A DNA stretch of 64,000 nt. It comes from Octopus bimaculoides (taxonomy: Eukaryota). The notes under the pieces are model-generated. The model worked only from the letters and a program-made list of their open reading frames with translations, was not told the origin of the DNA and did not search any database. Position numbers and translations under genes: made by a program. The number at the start of each line of letters is the position of its first letter. The first letter of the stretch is position 1. Location of the stretch: the NCBI RefSeq assembly GCF_001194135.2, contig NC_068984.1:127297226-127361225 (forward strand). The letters run 5' to 3'. This document shows positions 13,166-25,393 of this stretch, piece after piece.

Positions 13166-13959
13166 ATAATAATAATAACAATAATAATAATAATAATCAT
13201 CATAATAATAATAATGATGATGATTTCATTTATTTGCCAAAAGGGCAATGGATGAGAGGGATAATACAAAGACAGACATAAAGTGTGAAAGTTTACATAC
13301 GATAATTAAATGATAAAAAAAAAGGTAAGTATACACAGTATACACTGAAAAAGAAGGGACATATGCATAGCATACAAAGGTAAAAAAAAAAAAGAAAACA
13401 AAGGCAAGGAGGATGAAAGAGATGTGGCCCCTCCTGATACAGAAACACCTCTAGGGATAATCAAAGTTGCATTCATCATCCTTAAAACAAACCTTATTCA
13501 GCGAGCTTTTGAGCAGGATGGGCTACTTGACCTGAAGAAAATTTTAACTGGGCCCCACCTGCAAGGTCGTGCACTATTTATCTTGATATGAGATCACCAT
13601 GTCATGCACATATGGTTGTGATGCATGTGCCTAGTGTACCCTTATTAAACGGGCTTCGTGTAATTGTACTCCAGTGTCACTTTGATGGCATGTGCTGCTC
13701 TCACACTCAATAATAATAATAATAAATAATAATTATTATTATTATTATTATTATTATCATTATTATTATTATTATTTTGAGATTGATACTTGGGTGTTGA
13801 GTATCTTCCACGACACTTACGAAGCCTTATAATTCATGGAAAGAGACCCTGGGAGACCTTGTGAGGCCTTTGACAACAGGTTGCTGTCTGTTCTTACAGA
13901 ATTAACCAGAGCAAGTAAGACTGAGAGCTCTGAGAAGTAAAATATATAATAATGATAAT

Positions 13960-14120
13960 GAAATTTTTCATAAGTGCAATGTCTCAAATTTCTGGGGATA
14001 GAACAATCAATTATAGCAATTTCAATACATAATTGGTACTTTATTTTATCAAGCCCCCAAAAGAATGAAAGATAAAGTTGACGTCAGTGGATTTGAACTC
14101 AGAATACAAAGGACTATAAC
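13960..14120 (-). mobile_element. Degenerate family-A SINE
   Basis: aattggtacttattttatcaagcccc..gaatgaaagataaagttgac..atttgaactcagaa. Confidence 0.6.
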
Positions 14121-14387
14121 TAAAAAGATTTGTTTCCTTTGAGATTGGAGTAAGATAATCAGTGCTCCAAAAAGTTTGAATTGAACAGAAAAATAAAAAT
14201 AACAGTGAGAAGCAGCAGCAGCAGCAAGTAGCTAACACATTATTATGAAAATAAACTCTGAGCATATATATTGAGAGTGCATAAAATAGTTGTCAAAATG
14301 TAAGACATTTGTTCATTTACGCATGCCAATTAGAAATTAGAATGTCAGTTAGAAGGCAATAGAGAACATAGAGACAACTGTGTGAAT

Positions 14388-14420
<33 letters not shown>

Positions 14421-16089
14421 TGTGGGGCAGACAGCAGACAGACGGAGAGAGAAGATATGCTAGCTGCATTTTCAGAACTGGTTACATGCTTCTTCATTGA
14501 TTGTAAAAATTAGGTGAAGAGTGTTTTGCATGAGAACAAAATGTTTGACAATAATATTTAATAAAGGAGTGACAGAAAGTCATTTGCTGGGATTTGTGAA
14601 GGTTAAAGGTTTAGACTGATAGATACAATTGTAAAATATTTTGTATCAGCTAATTTGCCCCTATTGATATAGCTTGGTCGGATATAATTCTAATAGCATT
14701 TTTGCATGGCTAACAAATTCTGTAGATGCTGACTCATGAGAAATATCTCAATCAAGATATTTCAATATATTAGAAAGATGTTTCAAATTTATTGTTTATC
14801 AGACCACTTTTGAATTGGCTGCTTGTCCAACTGAAGAACCTTGCTTGGTAGTAACCAGTTCCACTTAACTGTGAAGTTTGGTTGTTTTCTAAGTCTTGCC
14901 ATTATCTTGCCCTGTGACATGGCAGCTCCTTCACTCAGTCAGACAACTAGCTTCACCTTAAATTCGGTGTCAGAAGCTAGAAACTGATTGTTAAAACTGC
15001 CAGCACAGAAGATCAAGTTACATGAAATAGAAGAGAAAAGAAGAGCAAAGCATTTGATGGGATCATCTGAAGAGAGAAATAGATGCAGTACTTTGGTGTT
15101 AGCAACAACAACTATTGATCATTCTTTAACACTAGCACTTCTTTCTTCAACTAAACCAAATAATTATTGCTATGCATGTATGTCTACAGTTGTGTATGTC
15201 AGTATATAGATTTGAGTCAATGAATGTATGAGCACTTGTGTGAGTATAGTTGCCTCTGTTTGTATGAATATGAGCGTGTGTACAAATGTGTGCAATTGTG
15301 CATGAATACATGAGTATATATGTGTGAACTTGCATATGTTTATATGTATATGTAGAAGATTGTATGTATGTATCTTATCATTGTCAATACCGTTTTATGT
15401 CTGCATCACCATGTCACTGCATGGGTGGGAAAGGTCTTCTCCACTTGTTATAGTTCATTATCATTTTCTGTAGATCAAGCATCTTGAGAGGAGCTTTTGC
15501 TACTTCTTACTATGTCTTCTATTACAAGTTCCTTCAACTTCAATTATTTGACACCTCTTTACCCAACAGTAATCCTCCTTATACAGCACATATCTGTCCT
15601 AATTCTTTTTCTTTCTTTTGCACACTACATCTCATTCTGCTATCAACCAGTTTCTCTCCCAGTTCATTTGTGCAGTGTCTTTCATACACTCTAACATTAT
15701 ACAACTATTGAAGCATTCTTAACTCATTAACTTCTATCTTTCATATGTCCTCTACATTCAGTTCCCCTGCTTCAGTATAATGCATCATATAGTCTGCTCT
15801 TCACTCAGAGAGTGCCTCTGATCTTTAAAATGCAACATACTGTAAATGTCTCAGGTTTTCCTTCTCTCCTTGATATACATATATATCTGATGTCCAGATT
15901 TTTCTCTAGCTACTTGGTATTGTTGCTTCTCTTTTTCTTCCATTCTTTCCATACATGCCTCTTAACTTTTATACCTCTATCTACTATGCCATTCCAGCAC
16001 CAAATTACCTTCTGTTTGACTGGAATCATGCCTCATTCACAGATCTGGTCTGTGGCTTGGAGCAAGTTACCTTGTGGAAACTCTGAGTC

Positions 16090-16500
16090 ATTTTCCATAC
16101 TATAAGTTCTTGAGATATATATCACTTTGTACTTCTTTGAATATTTGTCTGGTTAAAGGATCTTTCAGTTTCCATACCTTCATTCTTTAGATTGTTGTAT
16201 GTCTTTCGGTCCATCCAGGTCTCACTTTGCTGTCACTAGTCACTAATCTATAATAGACAGTAAATTCTTCATGGAGAACAAGGATCCAGTTTTCACAATC
16301 ATCAACCGATCCCATTTCCTGGTAAGTATGAAGTCTATTTCATTAGTGTAGACACTTAAGTTCAGGTGGCTGGCTGGTTTTCTGAAGTTAATGCCGCAGA
16401 TCATCAGATCATTTGTATCACAGAACTCCTTGAGTTTTGAGTTTTTTTTTCAGTCTGTGAAACATAGCCATAGCTTCCATGTACAACTGAATCAGCCAGC
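16090..16500 (-). mobile_element. RTE-like LINE, APE endonuclease C-terminal remnant
   Basis: Minus strand reads KLKEFCDTNDLMICGINFRKPASHL...EIDFILTRKWDR. Confidence 0.7.
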
Positions 16501-17161
16501 ATGGCAGTACCCAGCATATTTATTAAAGTTACCAGTCATGATAATAAAGTTCTAGTTGCTTCCTATCAAGATAGCCTGCAAGAGGGTCTCATAAAAACAG
16601 TCCTTTGTTCATCTGTTAGTCTGATTGTAGTATGTATACAGAAATCACTGTTGCTTGTTGAGTTGCCTATTTTTAGTTTAAGTTTAATTATTACCACATA
16701 CTCTTACTACCTCAGTCACTTTATTTAACCGTTTCTCTGCCAACACTGAGTCTATTCCACCAGCTCCAATGCTGTTACCCACTCAAAAACACTTGCACAT
16801 GTTTTCCATGTCTAAGAAGCACCTGGATTGTACACTGTGCAATCTAGCTATATTCATGCATGCACCTGACTGGATATATACAAATGTATCTATGTATAAG
16901 CATGTATGCATTTGTATATGTATATGCATTTGTATATGTACATACAGGTATGCACATGTTTGTATGTGTATATACATCTGTTGATATATATACCATTTAC
17001 AGGTGTGATAAAGAATATAAATAAGAACATCTCTGATACTTAATAAATTTAGTCATGATTTAGCCGAGAGAGTCAAAATGTAATGGAAAAAAACAAAATG
17101 TAATATTGAAAAGACGTAACAAAACTGCAACTGTTCTCCTTCACGAATAGTTCTTGTTGAA

Positions 17162-17166
17162 CTATG
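17162..17166 (-). CDS. AP1AR: Candidate AP1AR terminal exon (adds Ala then stop; 3'UTR would follow)
   Basis: Strong acceptor ttactattttcttcag|CATAG. In phase 1 it reads GCA TAG. No homology support, so this is only a candidate. Confidence 0.3.
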
Positions 17167-17806
17167 CTGAAGAAAATAGTAATAACAGTAGTAATAATAA
17201 TAATAATAACATATATATATATATGCTTCTCTCCTTCTCTCCAAATGTCAGTATTTTGATAATTACACTGAAGTAATGTACAGAACATGTTATGGGAGTA
17301 ATAAAACGAAATGTCTGTTAGAAATAGAATTTTAGTCAGGTGCATCAACAGACAGACAGGCTTTCTAACTGGCTTGCAGTACAATACATACAAGAATTAC
17401 TAATTGCATGAAGATAGCAAGGAAATAAACATGGAATGATGAATATTTCAGTGAGAATTAGGAATCCACTACTGGTACACAAGGAAACAATAACAAAATA
17501 GTAGAATAGAAACATAAAATAAAATTGTTGTGCAAAAAAATAAATAAATAAATAAGAATTAATATTAGCTTTTGAAGAGTTTAATAAAGGCCTGCTCCAT
17601 GGTAGGTGGATTTTGGGCAGTGTTAGGATATGTCAAGAAATAAAATACAAAATTACTAAACAGTGTGGTAAGGCAAGTGATATAGGTAAGTTGTGTGTGT
17701 TAAACAGAAAAAAGCTGAACTAATGAAACAAAGCAGTAAATTGGTCGGCTAAGCTACAATAGCAGTGGGCTTAAGCAAATGAGCAGGGACCATCTTCAGC
17801 ACCAAC

Positions 17807-17908
17807 CTGCTTCATGATCCCATTCCAGATCTAAGGAAGATGCCTCAGTATGTGACCGATCTCGAGTATGTGTTGTGCTGCTACTAGTACTTTGACCATC
17901 TGCAGATG
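17807..17908 (-). CDS. AP1AR: AP1AR/gadkin exon, 102 nt, with the acidic SLDLEW motif
   Basis: Acceptor ctccaaacag| and donor CAG|GTTGGT. Encodes (A)SADGQSTSSSTTHTRDRSHTEASSLDLEWDHEA, versus human STSLDLEWEDEEG. Phase 1 in, phase 1 out. Confidence 0.88.
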
Positions 17909-18124
17909 CTGTTTGGAGTAAAATCCACAGTTAATAGACAAACGAGAGAAATACAAAGCAGAGAAAGAAATCATTTTAAAGCATGCACCCATTAGCTGCA
18001 CAGTATTATTCAATTGTAAACAATGTTAGGCACAGATGATGTTAATCACAGTTATCAACAAAACACTCAAAAATACAAACCTACTTCATTCAATGCAAAG
18101 ATGTCTAAAGTTGTTAATTTTTAA

Positions 18125-18419
18125 CACGTTAACCGCTACATGTATTACTGGTGGTTCATTGCAAACTTCACACAACTGCTATATGCACCAGTGGTGGTAC
18201 ATTTTTGTAATTTGAGAAAATATTTTCTTCTATATTTTTGATATGGTTTCAAGGATATTTAAATAACTTGGAGTGCTAACTATTAAAGTTTAATTATAAA
18301 ATAAGTTGAACACACACTCACCTCCTTCTGTCACAGATGTCGCTACACTGAGATCAAGAGCTCGTGAAATACTTGGCGTCACCAGTAAGTTCCAGTAACA
18401 GGCTGTGGCGGTTAACGTG
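18125..18419. mobile_element. TTAA-target (piggyBac-type) MITE, 295 bp
   Basis: TTAA at 18121-18124 and 18420-18423. 16-bp TIRs cacgttaaccgctaca / tgtggcggttaacgtg (1 mismatch). Confidence 0.85.
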
Positions 18420-18529
18420 TTAAAGAATAATCAACAGTCTTTTTACATCTTAACATTAAAATATTACGTTTAGGTTAATAAGATCACATTGGTTAGTTTA
18501 TAAACAAATCAAGTAAAATCTATGTTGAA

Positions 18530-18740
18530 TTAACTGTTTAGCTTATAAACTGGCCAGAATCAGCCCAAATACTCTGTTTTATGTTCAAAATGGTCATATT
18601 GGACCACTTGCATCTACCAGGCAATGTCATTCCAAAAATAAACAATTATATCATTAAAATCTCAAACCTATGGGATAATGTAAAATTAATTCAAAACAAT
18701 GTGAATAAACAAACATTACATTTGACTGCTAAAAGATTAA
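18530..18740. mobile_element. Old copy of the MITE family seen at 33976-34196
   Basis: Shares aaactggcca..aaaatctcaaa..gataatg..attcaaaacaatg..aacattacatttga..tgctaaa..ttaa. Confidence 0.6.
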
Positions 18741-19872
18741 ATAATTGTATAGTTAATTTTGCAGCAATTTTAATTGTTATGTTAAATAACTGTGGTTAGT
18801 TTTACACAAATTTCAATGATTCACTTTTTCTCTATATAATATTATTTCTAACTTAAGCAAAAAGCCATTATTTAATTAAATCAAGCAAAGTATATGACTG
18901 GCACTTTATTTTATTAATCCAGGAGAGATAAAAGGTGAGGTTGACCTCTGCAAGATCTGAACTCAGAACCTAGAGTCAGAACAAATGGTGCAAGTGATTT
19001 CAAGCAACTCCCAAATCCATTGCCCTTTGACCGTAAATAATATTGAAGTAGTTTCTATTACATTAACTTAAATGTTAAGAATATCAAAGCAGGCCTATGA
19101 TCAAAGGTATTCTAGCTGTGACCAAACCACCAATTTAGGTGTATCTAAGATTACATTATTTAATGTGTCTTACTTAGGACAATGAGATGTGATCTGGAAG
19201 AGAATTGGCTGCTGTTTCTAAGATACAGAGTAGCTTTGTAAAGGCTCCTTTATAGGGTTATACTTATGATCTTAGGAAAGGTCAGGTTTCCACCAGTTTT
19301 TGGAAAAAGACATTCTTTTACATCAAAATATTGATGAAGAGCAAGTGTTGTACAGTTAGGTTGTAAAGGTACAGATGACTCTTAAGCTGTATGTAGAAAT
19401 TATCTCTGAAAGGATTATGTTAATTCTTGTCTTGGGGGGGGGGATGGAACAAACAGAAAGACAGTATATATTTAAGAAGTTATGCAAAAAAAACATTAGT
19501 TTGTTCCAGCATCTTAACTACAGAAATGTCATACTGTCACGACATGGTGATCATAAAAAAGGTCAACTGCAGCTCGATATTGTCTCTGAAAAAGTCAATA
19601 ATTGTCCAGAGATATTTTCCTCCAAAGATCAGTAGTATATTCTTCTAGATGTACTTGTCTTTGTAAAAGGAAGATTGCATTCAAGTGTTATTGTTTGAAA
19701 AGTCATTGTGTGTTTGATTGTTGATCTTTGAATGGTCAGTTAGTAATGAGATGATGTCTATACAAAGAGGTCATACTGATGTGTAACACAGCAGTCTGAA
19801 TATATGTATGTATACAATCATCATCATCATCATCATCATTGTTTAACGTCCATCTTCCATGCTAGCATGGGT

Positions 19873-19942
<70 letters not shown>

Positions 19943-21959
19943 TTCACATATGCATCTATGAATGTATATGGATACAGTATGGTTGATCGTTAAGAAGTTC
20001 ACTTTGCAACCATGAGGTGGTATCTTGGGAAAATGTCATTTTCTGAAGCCTTGGATCACCCCATACCTTGTGAGTGAAATTGGATATACGGAAATTGTAC
20101 AGAAACCTGTTGGATTGATTGTACCAGTAATTCAAATTCACCTTTCTTTATTCTTGTTTACTAAACTAAGAGCCCAACCTCAACTACCATCACATTTTGG
20201 GACTCAATAAACATACATTATCAAATAGAATAGTTAAGAAACATGATGGTTGTGGTAGTGATGATGATGATATCAAACTATATTACACAACAGTTTTAGA
20301 TTTACATTACACTGTAAACACTAAATTTATTTATTGGTTAACTTAAAATCTTTACATTAGTGTTACAAAATCATAATTGAATAATAAATGATTTTTAAAG
20401 ATGTATTCTAATAAATCCAATGAAATAAAACCTAAATTAAATTAACATATCATTAGAGAGAAATCTAGCCTGAGATGTTATAAATTTATATTTCTATTAT
20501 ATTTATTGTTGTAGTTATTGTTGTTGTTTAGCCTGAAGTCAGTACAGATTGAGCAGATCTGCAAAGGCATTCCTATTGTGACCATCATGTTTTTTAGTCA
20601 GACATAGGTACACATAATTCAATGTATCCTTTCTCTTAGAAGATGCTAGGATGAGATTTAAGGAAGATTTGGCAGCTATTTCTAGTAGATCATGCAAGGG
20701 TTTGGCAGCTCCCTCATAGACTTAACTTTTGTAGGCCTTTGAGACTGATGAGGCAGAAACAGATGAAATTCATCGTAAGATTTTGAATGTTGATGCATGA
20801 AAGGGAAAAAAATAAAAATTAATGGTGGAATCCCTGATGGTTGTAGTCCTGCAGATCAAAGCAGATGAAAGATTGAGCTAAGTGCTTTAATGTGGAATTT
20901 TTAATGGATGAGATAGAGTATGAAAGGATGACAGAAGAAGAGACATAGCAAGGGTACACAAGGTTGACTTGGTGGGGTTAGTACACAGCCTGCTGCCATA
21001 AAGGAGCAGCTACCATTGTAGTTACAGCAGAAAAGACATAGGAAGAGTACAGCACATTGGTATACAAGTGGTTCAAGTGTGCTGGTGTGTGTGAAGTTTT
21101 CAAAAATGTATGTGTGAGAGAGAGGGGAAAAGAGAAAGAAAGAGAGAGAGAGAGTGTGTGTGTGTGTGTGTGAGCATGCACATGCTTGTGTGTTAGTGTT
21201 TGTTAATTTTCATTTTGAACTCTTGTAGTTCAGCAGTTTTCTCAAAAACATAGGGAAAGAGTTACAGAACGATGTAGTTCTAGGAAAGGAAGATTCTACT
21301 CGGTATTTTGTAAAGGACCTGAGAGGTGAGAGGCGATGTGATAGTGAATGAAAGAGGAGAGATGTTGTTTTATGAAACTGCTTAATAAGTCACTGGCTAT
21401 TCAGTTTTTGTAAGTGAATTACTTTCCAGAAGAGGCGCAGGTGCACTGCTTTCAATATTTATAATTTAATAAGGCTACTAACTATGCAAGAATTTTGTTC
21501 TTGAATAAGAAACCAAATCTTTGTGATGCAGTCTTTGCCATCTGCACCATATTAGAGCTTTTGAGATTGTTAAGTTAAAATTTGTATGACACAAGATAGT
21601 TTGAGCTGCCAGTTGTTCATGATTAGCAAAGGTAAATATAAAGAATTGCAGTAACTTGGCCTGATTTGAGTGACGAGGGGGATGGATATCCAATCTCTGT
21701 TGCATTATGTTTTGATGCCCCTTGTTTGTGGAAGATATGTATACTTACAAAAGGTTTCAAGGTTGTTTTTAGAAAGAAAGTTGTTTAGCTTGGGGTTAAT
21801 CCTGGTCAAACATACCTATGATAAAAAGCATTATATCCATAACCATTATATCATTTTTAGGGGTATGGGCATCTAGGACTATATTATTTAATGTGTGGTC
21901 TTCTTTTTACAACAAAGTGAAGAATGATTTGAGAAAGATTTGGCTGTTATTTCTAGCAG

Positions 21960-22180
21960 GCCAGGTAACTTGAATCTCCCTCATTGGCTTGTAGAAGCTC
22001 ATTCGAGGTGGAATCATTGTCATAAAGAGAAGGAAGAATGTTGAAGCAATAAAGTAGATTGTTAATGCAGAGAGTGAAGACATTATGAGAAATGATTAAG
22101 TGTTTAGAGCAAGGTGGAGGAAAACTATCAAATATGCAGTGATGGAGATGAGGCCTGTTTGAAAACATTCACATAGTGGT
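21960..22180 (-). mobile_element. CR1/Jockey-like RT remnant
   Basis: HNVFTLCINNLL...SLYDNDST resembles the RT motif LFxLFINDLL...YADDST. Confidence 0.5.
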
Positions 22181-22349
22181 TTATTTAGAGTGGAGTCTAT
22201 AAATGAGCAGCTTTTCCAGAAAGATTTGTTTGTGTCAAAGAACAACAACTTTGAAAAACACTATTTAGAAAAATTGCAGCCACTAGTAAATTACAAAAAC
22301 AATGAAAAATGAGTATTATTGCAAATGTATAGAGCTTAATGGAAGTAAA

Positions 22350-23212
22350 GTTGTATGATCAATAAGTATCCGGACTGTTGCTATAGAGAATGAACCTAAA
22401 GCACAGAGAATGAAGCCACTTGGCACAGATTGACCTTGAGCTCTGCTGTGCATGCACACTAAGTTTTAATGTTCTAGCTCACTTCCGCTGTTTACAGCAG
22501 TTCTTAGAAGGAACATGTGTAGCGTGTGATTGTTGCACTGACCATGACAGAGAAAGTTGAGCAGAGAATCTGCATCAAATTTTGCCAAAAGCTTGGTGAT
22601 ACCTGGTCAGAAGCCTACGCAAAGTTTTCAAAAAGTTTTCCTTGTTCTTGACACAACCAAGGAGATGAGATTTTGTGTAACTGAAACCTGAGTGTCTTTT
22701 TAGTCAGCTGAAAGCAGTTTTGGCACAAATTTGGCAGACATGCATCTCATACCCAAATCTACAGTGCTAATGGACTGAACTGAACTGTAACTTATCTGCA
22801 CATCTCCTGATAACTCACGGATGGAGATTCGGTGGTTTGCCCTCACAGCTGCAATGTTTTTCTCAGTTCTGCTAGTTGTAGGACTCCCAGGACATTCGTC
22901 ATTATCAACATTTTTTCACCCATCTTGGAAACGTCTGAACTGCTCCATACACTTGTGTGCAGCTCACACACTCCTCTCCACACATTTTCTACAACTTTGT
23001 GTAGGCCTCTGAGCAGGTATCACCATGACAACTTTGTCATAGTCAATGCAATGATCACACACTACACACCTTCCTTCCAAGCACTGCTGTAAACAACAGA
23101 AGTTAGCATGCACAACAGAGTCCCAGGTCAATTTGTGCCCAGCGACTTCACTCTTCACGTTTTAGCTTCACTACTACGGCAAAAGTCCAGATACTTATTG
23201 ATTAGACCTCAT
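22350..23212. mobile_element. Rearranged mariner remnant(s)
   Basis: TIR-like tgatcaataagtatccggact / agtccagatacttattgatt..cctcata. Plus strand EQRICIKFCQKLGDT. Minus strand RRFQDG..VDNDECPGSPTTSRTEKNIAAV. Confidence 0.7.
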
Positions 23213-23559
23213 ATATACTGATGACATTAATGATGATAATGGAATGGTCGATAACCCACTAACCAGTTAAAATTTAATTAGGAAAATGCATGTGTCTAGT
23301 CTTCTTGTGCTGTGTCTATCCTTCTTCAGTTACTGTTTATGTAATAAAAGTAAATGTGTTGTCACTAAACCTTTTAATATATTTCCTAAGTAGTGAGACA
23401 ATATAGTCTGGTTTAATAGCGGTAGCATGAATGAGGCAATGATTTAGTTTAGAAAATAATTTGAAGACAAGAAATTCTCAATGCAATTAATTTAAAGCAG
23501 TGCAATATAAGCTTCATATTGTAATAATATATAAACTGACATATATAGTTGTAGCTTAC

Positions 23560-23642
23560 CTTGACGTAACTGTGTCCTTGCTGACAGAGAACGAGCTTTC
23601 ACACTAGCCAGGAACATTTCGAAATCATCTTCACCTCCGGCT
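23560..23642 (-). CDS. AP1AR: AP1AR/gadkin internal exon, 83 nt
   Basis: Strong polypyrimidine acceptor tttcatttctttttcatttag| and donor AAG|GTAAGC. Encodes AGGEDDFEMFLASVKARSLSARTQLRQ, versus human SGPEDDFESCL. Phase 2 in, phase 1 out. Confidence 0.9.
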
Positions 23643-23714
23643 CTAAATGAAAAAGAAATGAAAAATAAAGAAAGAAATAGGAAAAGTCAGCAGTTAGCTT
23701 CAATAAGCTAGTAG

Positions 23715-23717
23715 AGT

Positions 23718-23763
<46 letters not shown>

Positions 23764-23945
23764 CCATCACCATCATTTAACGTTCATTGTCCATGGTGGT
23801 ATGGGTTGGATGGTTTGACCAAGGCTGGTAAGCTGAGGAGCTGCACCAGACTCCAGTCTGATTTGGCATGGTTTCTATGGTTGGATGCCCTTCTTAATGC
23901 CAACCACTCTAAGAGTGTAATGGGAGCTTTTACATGCCACTAACA
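23715..23945 (-). mobile_element. RTE-type short retroposon / 3' end with (CAT)n tail; related fragments at about 4196-4250, 19820-19870, 32020-32145, 41515-41700, 45490-45640, 58715-58990
   Basis: catcatttaacgttc..ccatg..atgggttggatgg..ggatgcccttcttaatgccaacc recurs in the window. Confidence 0.7.
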
Positions 23946-24615
23946 CAAACCAGTTTAATCTACTCAATATAGTTCAATAGTTGTTGTTTTAATCAAAGGA
24001 TCTAAAGGGATCATGTAGCTTATAAGCTATTTAGCACAATGGTTAGATGATCCAAGTAATCTATTAAGCTATAATCAAGGAATTTAAGTTAATTATGATC
24101 CTTTGAAAAGTAGAAAAGAGAAAAGAAAAGAGACAATGTGTGAGAAACCTTTTCCCTAACATGTCTTTGAGAGTTCCACTGACTAAAAGATGGGTAAAAT
24201 AACAAGTGTTCTGTTTAATAATATGGTTCTTTAATACATGACAGAAGTTTACTTTAAAACAATCCTCTGATTTCTGACATAAATACAAATCCATAAATAT
24301 GGAAAGAAGTGTATAAGTGATTATGTTGTTTCCTGATACTTGAGTGGTACTTTATTTTATTGATTTCATGAGAATGAAAGACTAAGTTAACCCTGACAGA
24401 ACATTAATTCAAGTCTGTTGAACTATCACTTCTGCCAATCTACTGCTTTAAGTGTTCTATTATAAAGACACAATGGGAAAGGTAGTTGATGTCAGTTAGG
24501 TGTACGTGCTGTATAAGACATTTTCCTACAAACATAGAATTACAAGTTATTGAGATGCAGACATTTAAGCAACGTTAAAACAACAGTTCTACATATTAAA
24601 CTAAGGTATACTTAC

Positions 24616-24782
24616 ACGTCCCAGTCATTTTCGTTATCCCCTAACCAGGAACGGTCTGTGTGAGTTTTAGTAGCTTGTTGTTCCTTAGCAATACGCTGAA
24701 GCCGTACTATCCGTGCAGCCTCTCTTCTAGCTTCATAGTAAGCTTCTTCTTCCATACGCAACTCCTCCTCTTGTTTGGCAAG
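24616..24782 (-). CDS. AP1AR: AP1AR/gadkin internal exon, 167 nt (coiled-coil region)
   Basis: Acceptor ttttgtttgtctcattag| and donor GT|GTAAGT. Encodes LAKQEEELRMEEEAYYEARREAARIVRLQRIAKEQQATKTHTDRSWLGDNENDWD(V), versus human LALQEEKLRLEEEALYAAQREAARAAK. Phase 0 in, phase 2 out, matching both neighbours. Confidence 0.93.
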
Positions 24783-25029
24783 CTAATGAGACAAACAAAA
24801 TTAGAATAATGATTGATTGTAGACATTATTGAATATCTAACTTTGAATACAACTGTCTCCTCATTGGCTATAAATAATACCAATACATACCAGAATGTGT
24901 AGTAAATAGTAGATATAACATATATCATACAAGAAGTGAGCATAAGAGACAGAAATCATAATTAAATAAAATATTCAGTAATTAAAACAGAAATAAGAGT
25001 CTAACACTGAGAACGACAGAACGACAGAT

Positions 25030-25165
25030 ACAGAAGCGTATAATGCTGAGTTTAACAGATGCAACATTATGTAATACTGAGTATAATCAATGTAAAAGTC
25101 TGTATTACTGAGTGTAACAAATTTAACAGTAAATAATACTGAACATAACAAATATATGTAACTAA
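25030..25165. repeat. Degenerate minisatellite, period about 30 bp
   Basis: Four to five units of tgtaatactgagtataac-like sequence. Confidence 0.5.
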
Positions 25166-25230
25166 TAAAACAGTCAACATGTGTAATTTATATATAACGG
25201 ATCATCACTAAGTTATATACAACAGAAAAT

Positions 25231-25393
25231 GGTACATCTGGTGGTCCTGTATATGACACTTCTTGTGATCCCAGTAAACGATACATCTAGGGATCCTGTA
25301 AATGGCATATCCAGGGACCCTATAAATAGCACTTTTGACGACCTTGTAACTAGCACATTTGGTGACCTCATAACTAGCACATCTGGTGAATGG
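25231..25393. repeat. 24-bp minisatellite, about 7 units (consensus agcacatctggtgaccctgtaaat)
   Basis: Units start at 25231, 25255 (25 bp), 25280, 25304, 25328, 25352 and 25376 (partial). Confidence 0.85.

Noticed and set aside
16261-16330. Plus-strand exon-like segment ending CTG|GTAAGT
   Set aside because: It is the antisense of an RTE endonuclease remnant, so the donor is incidental.
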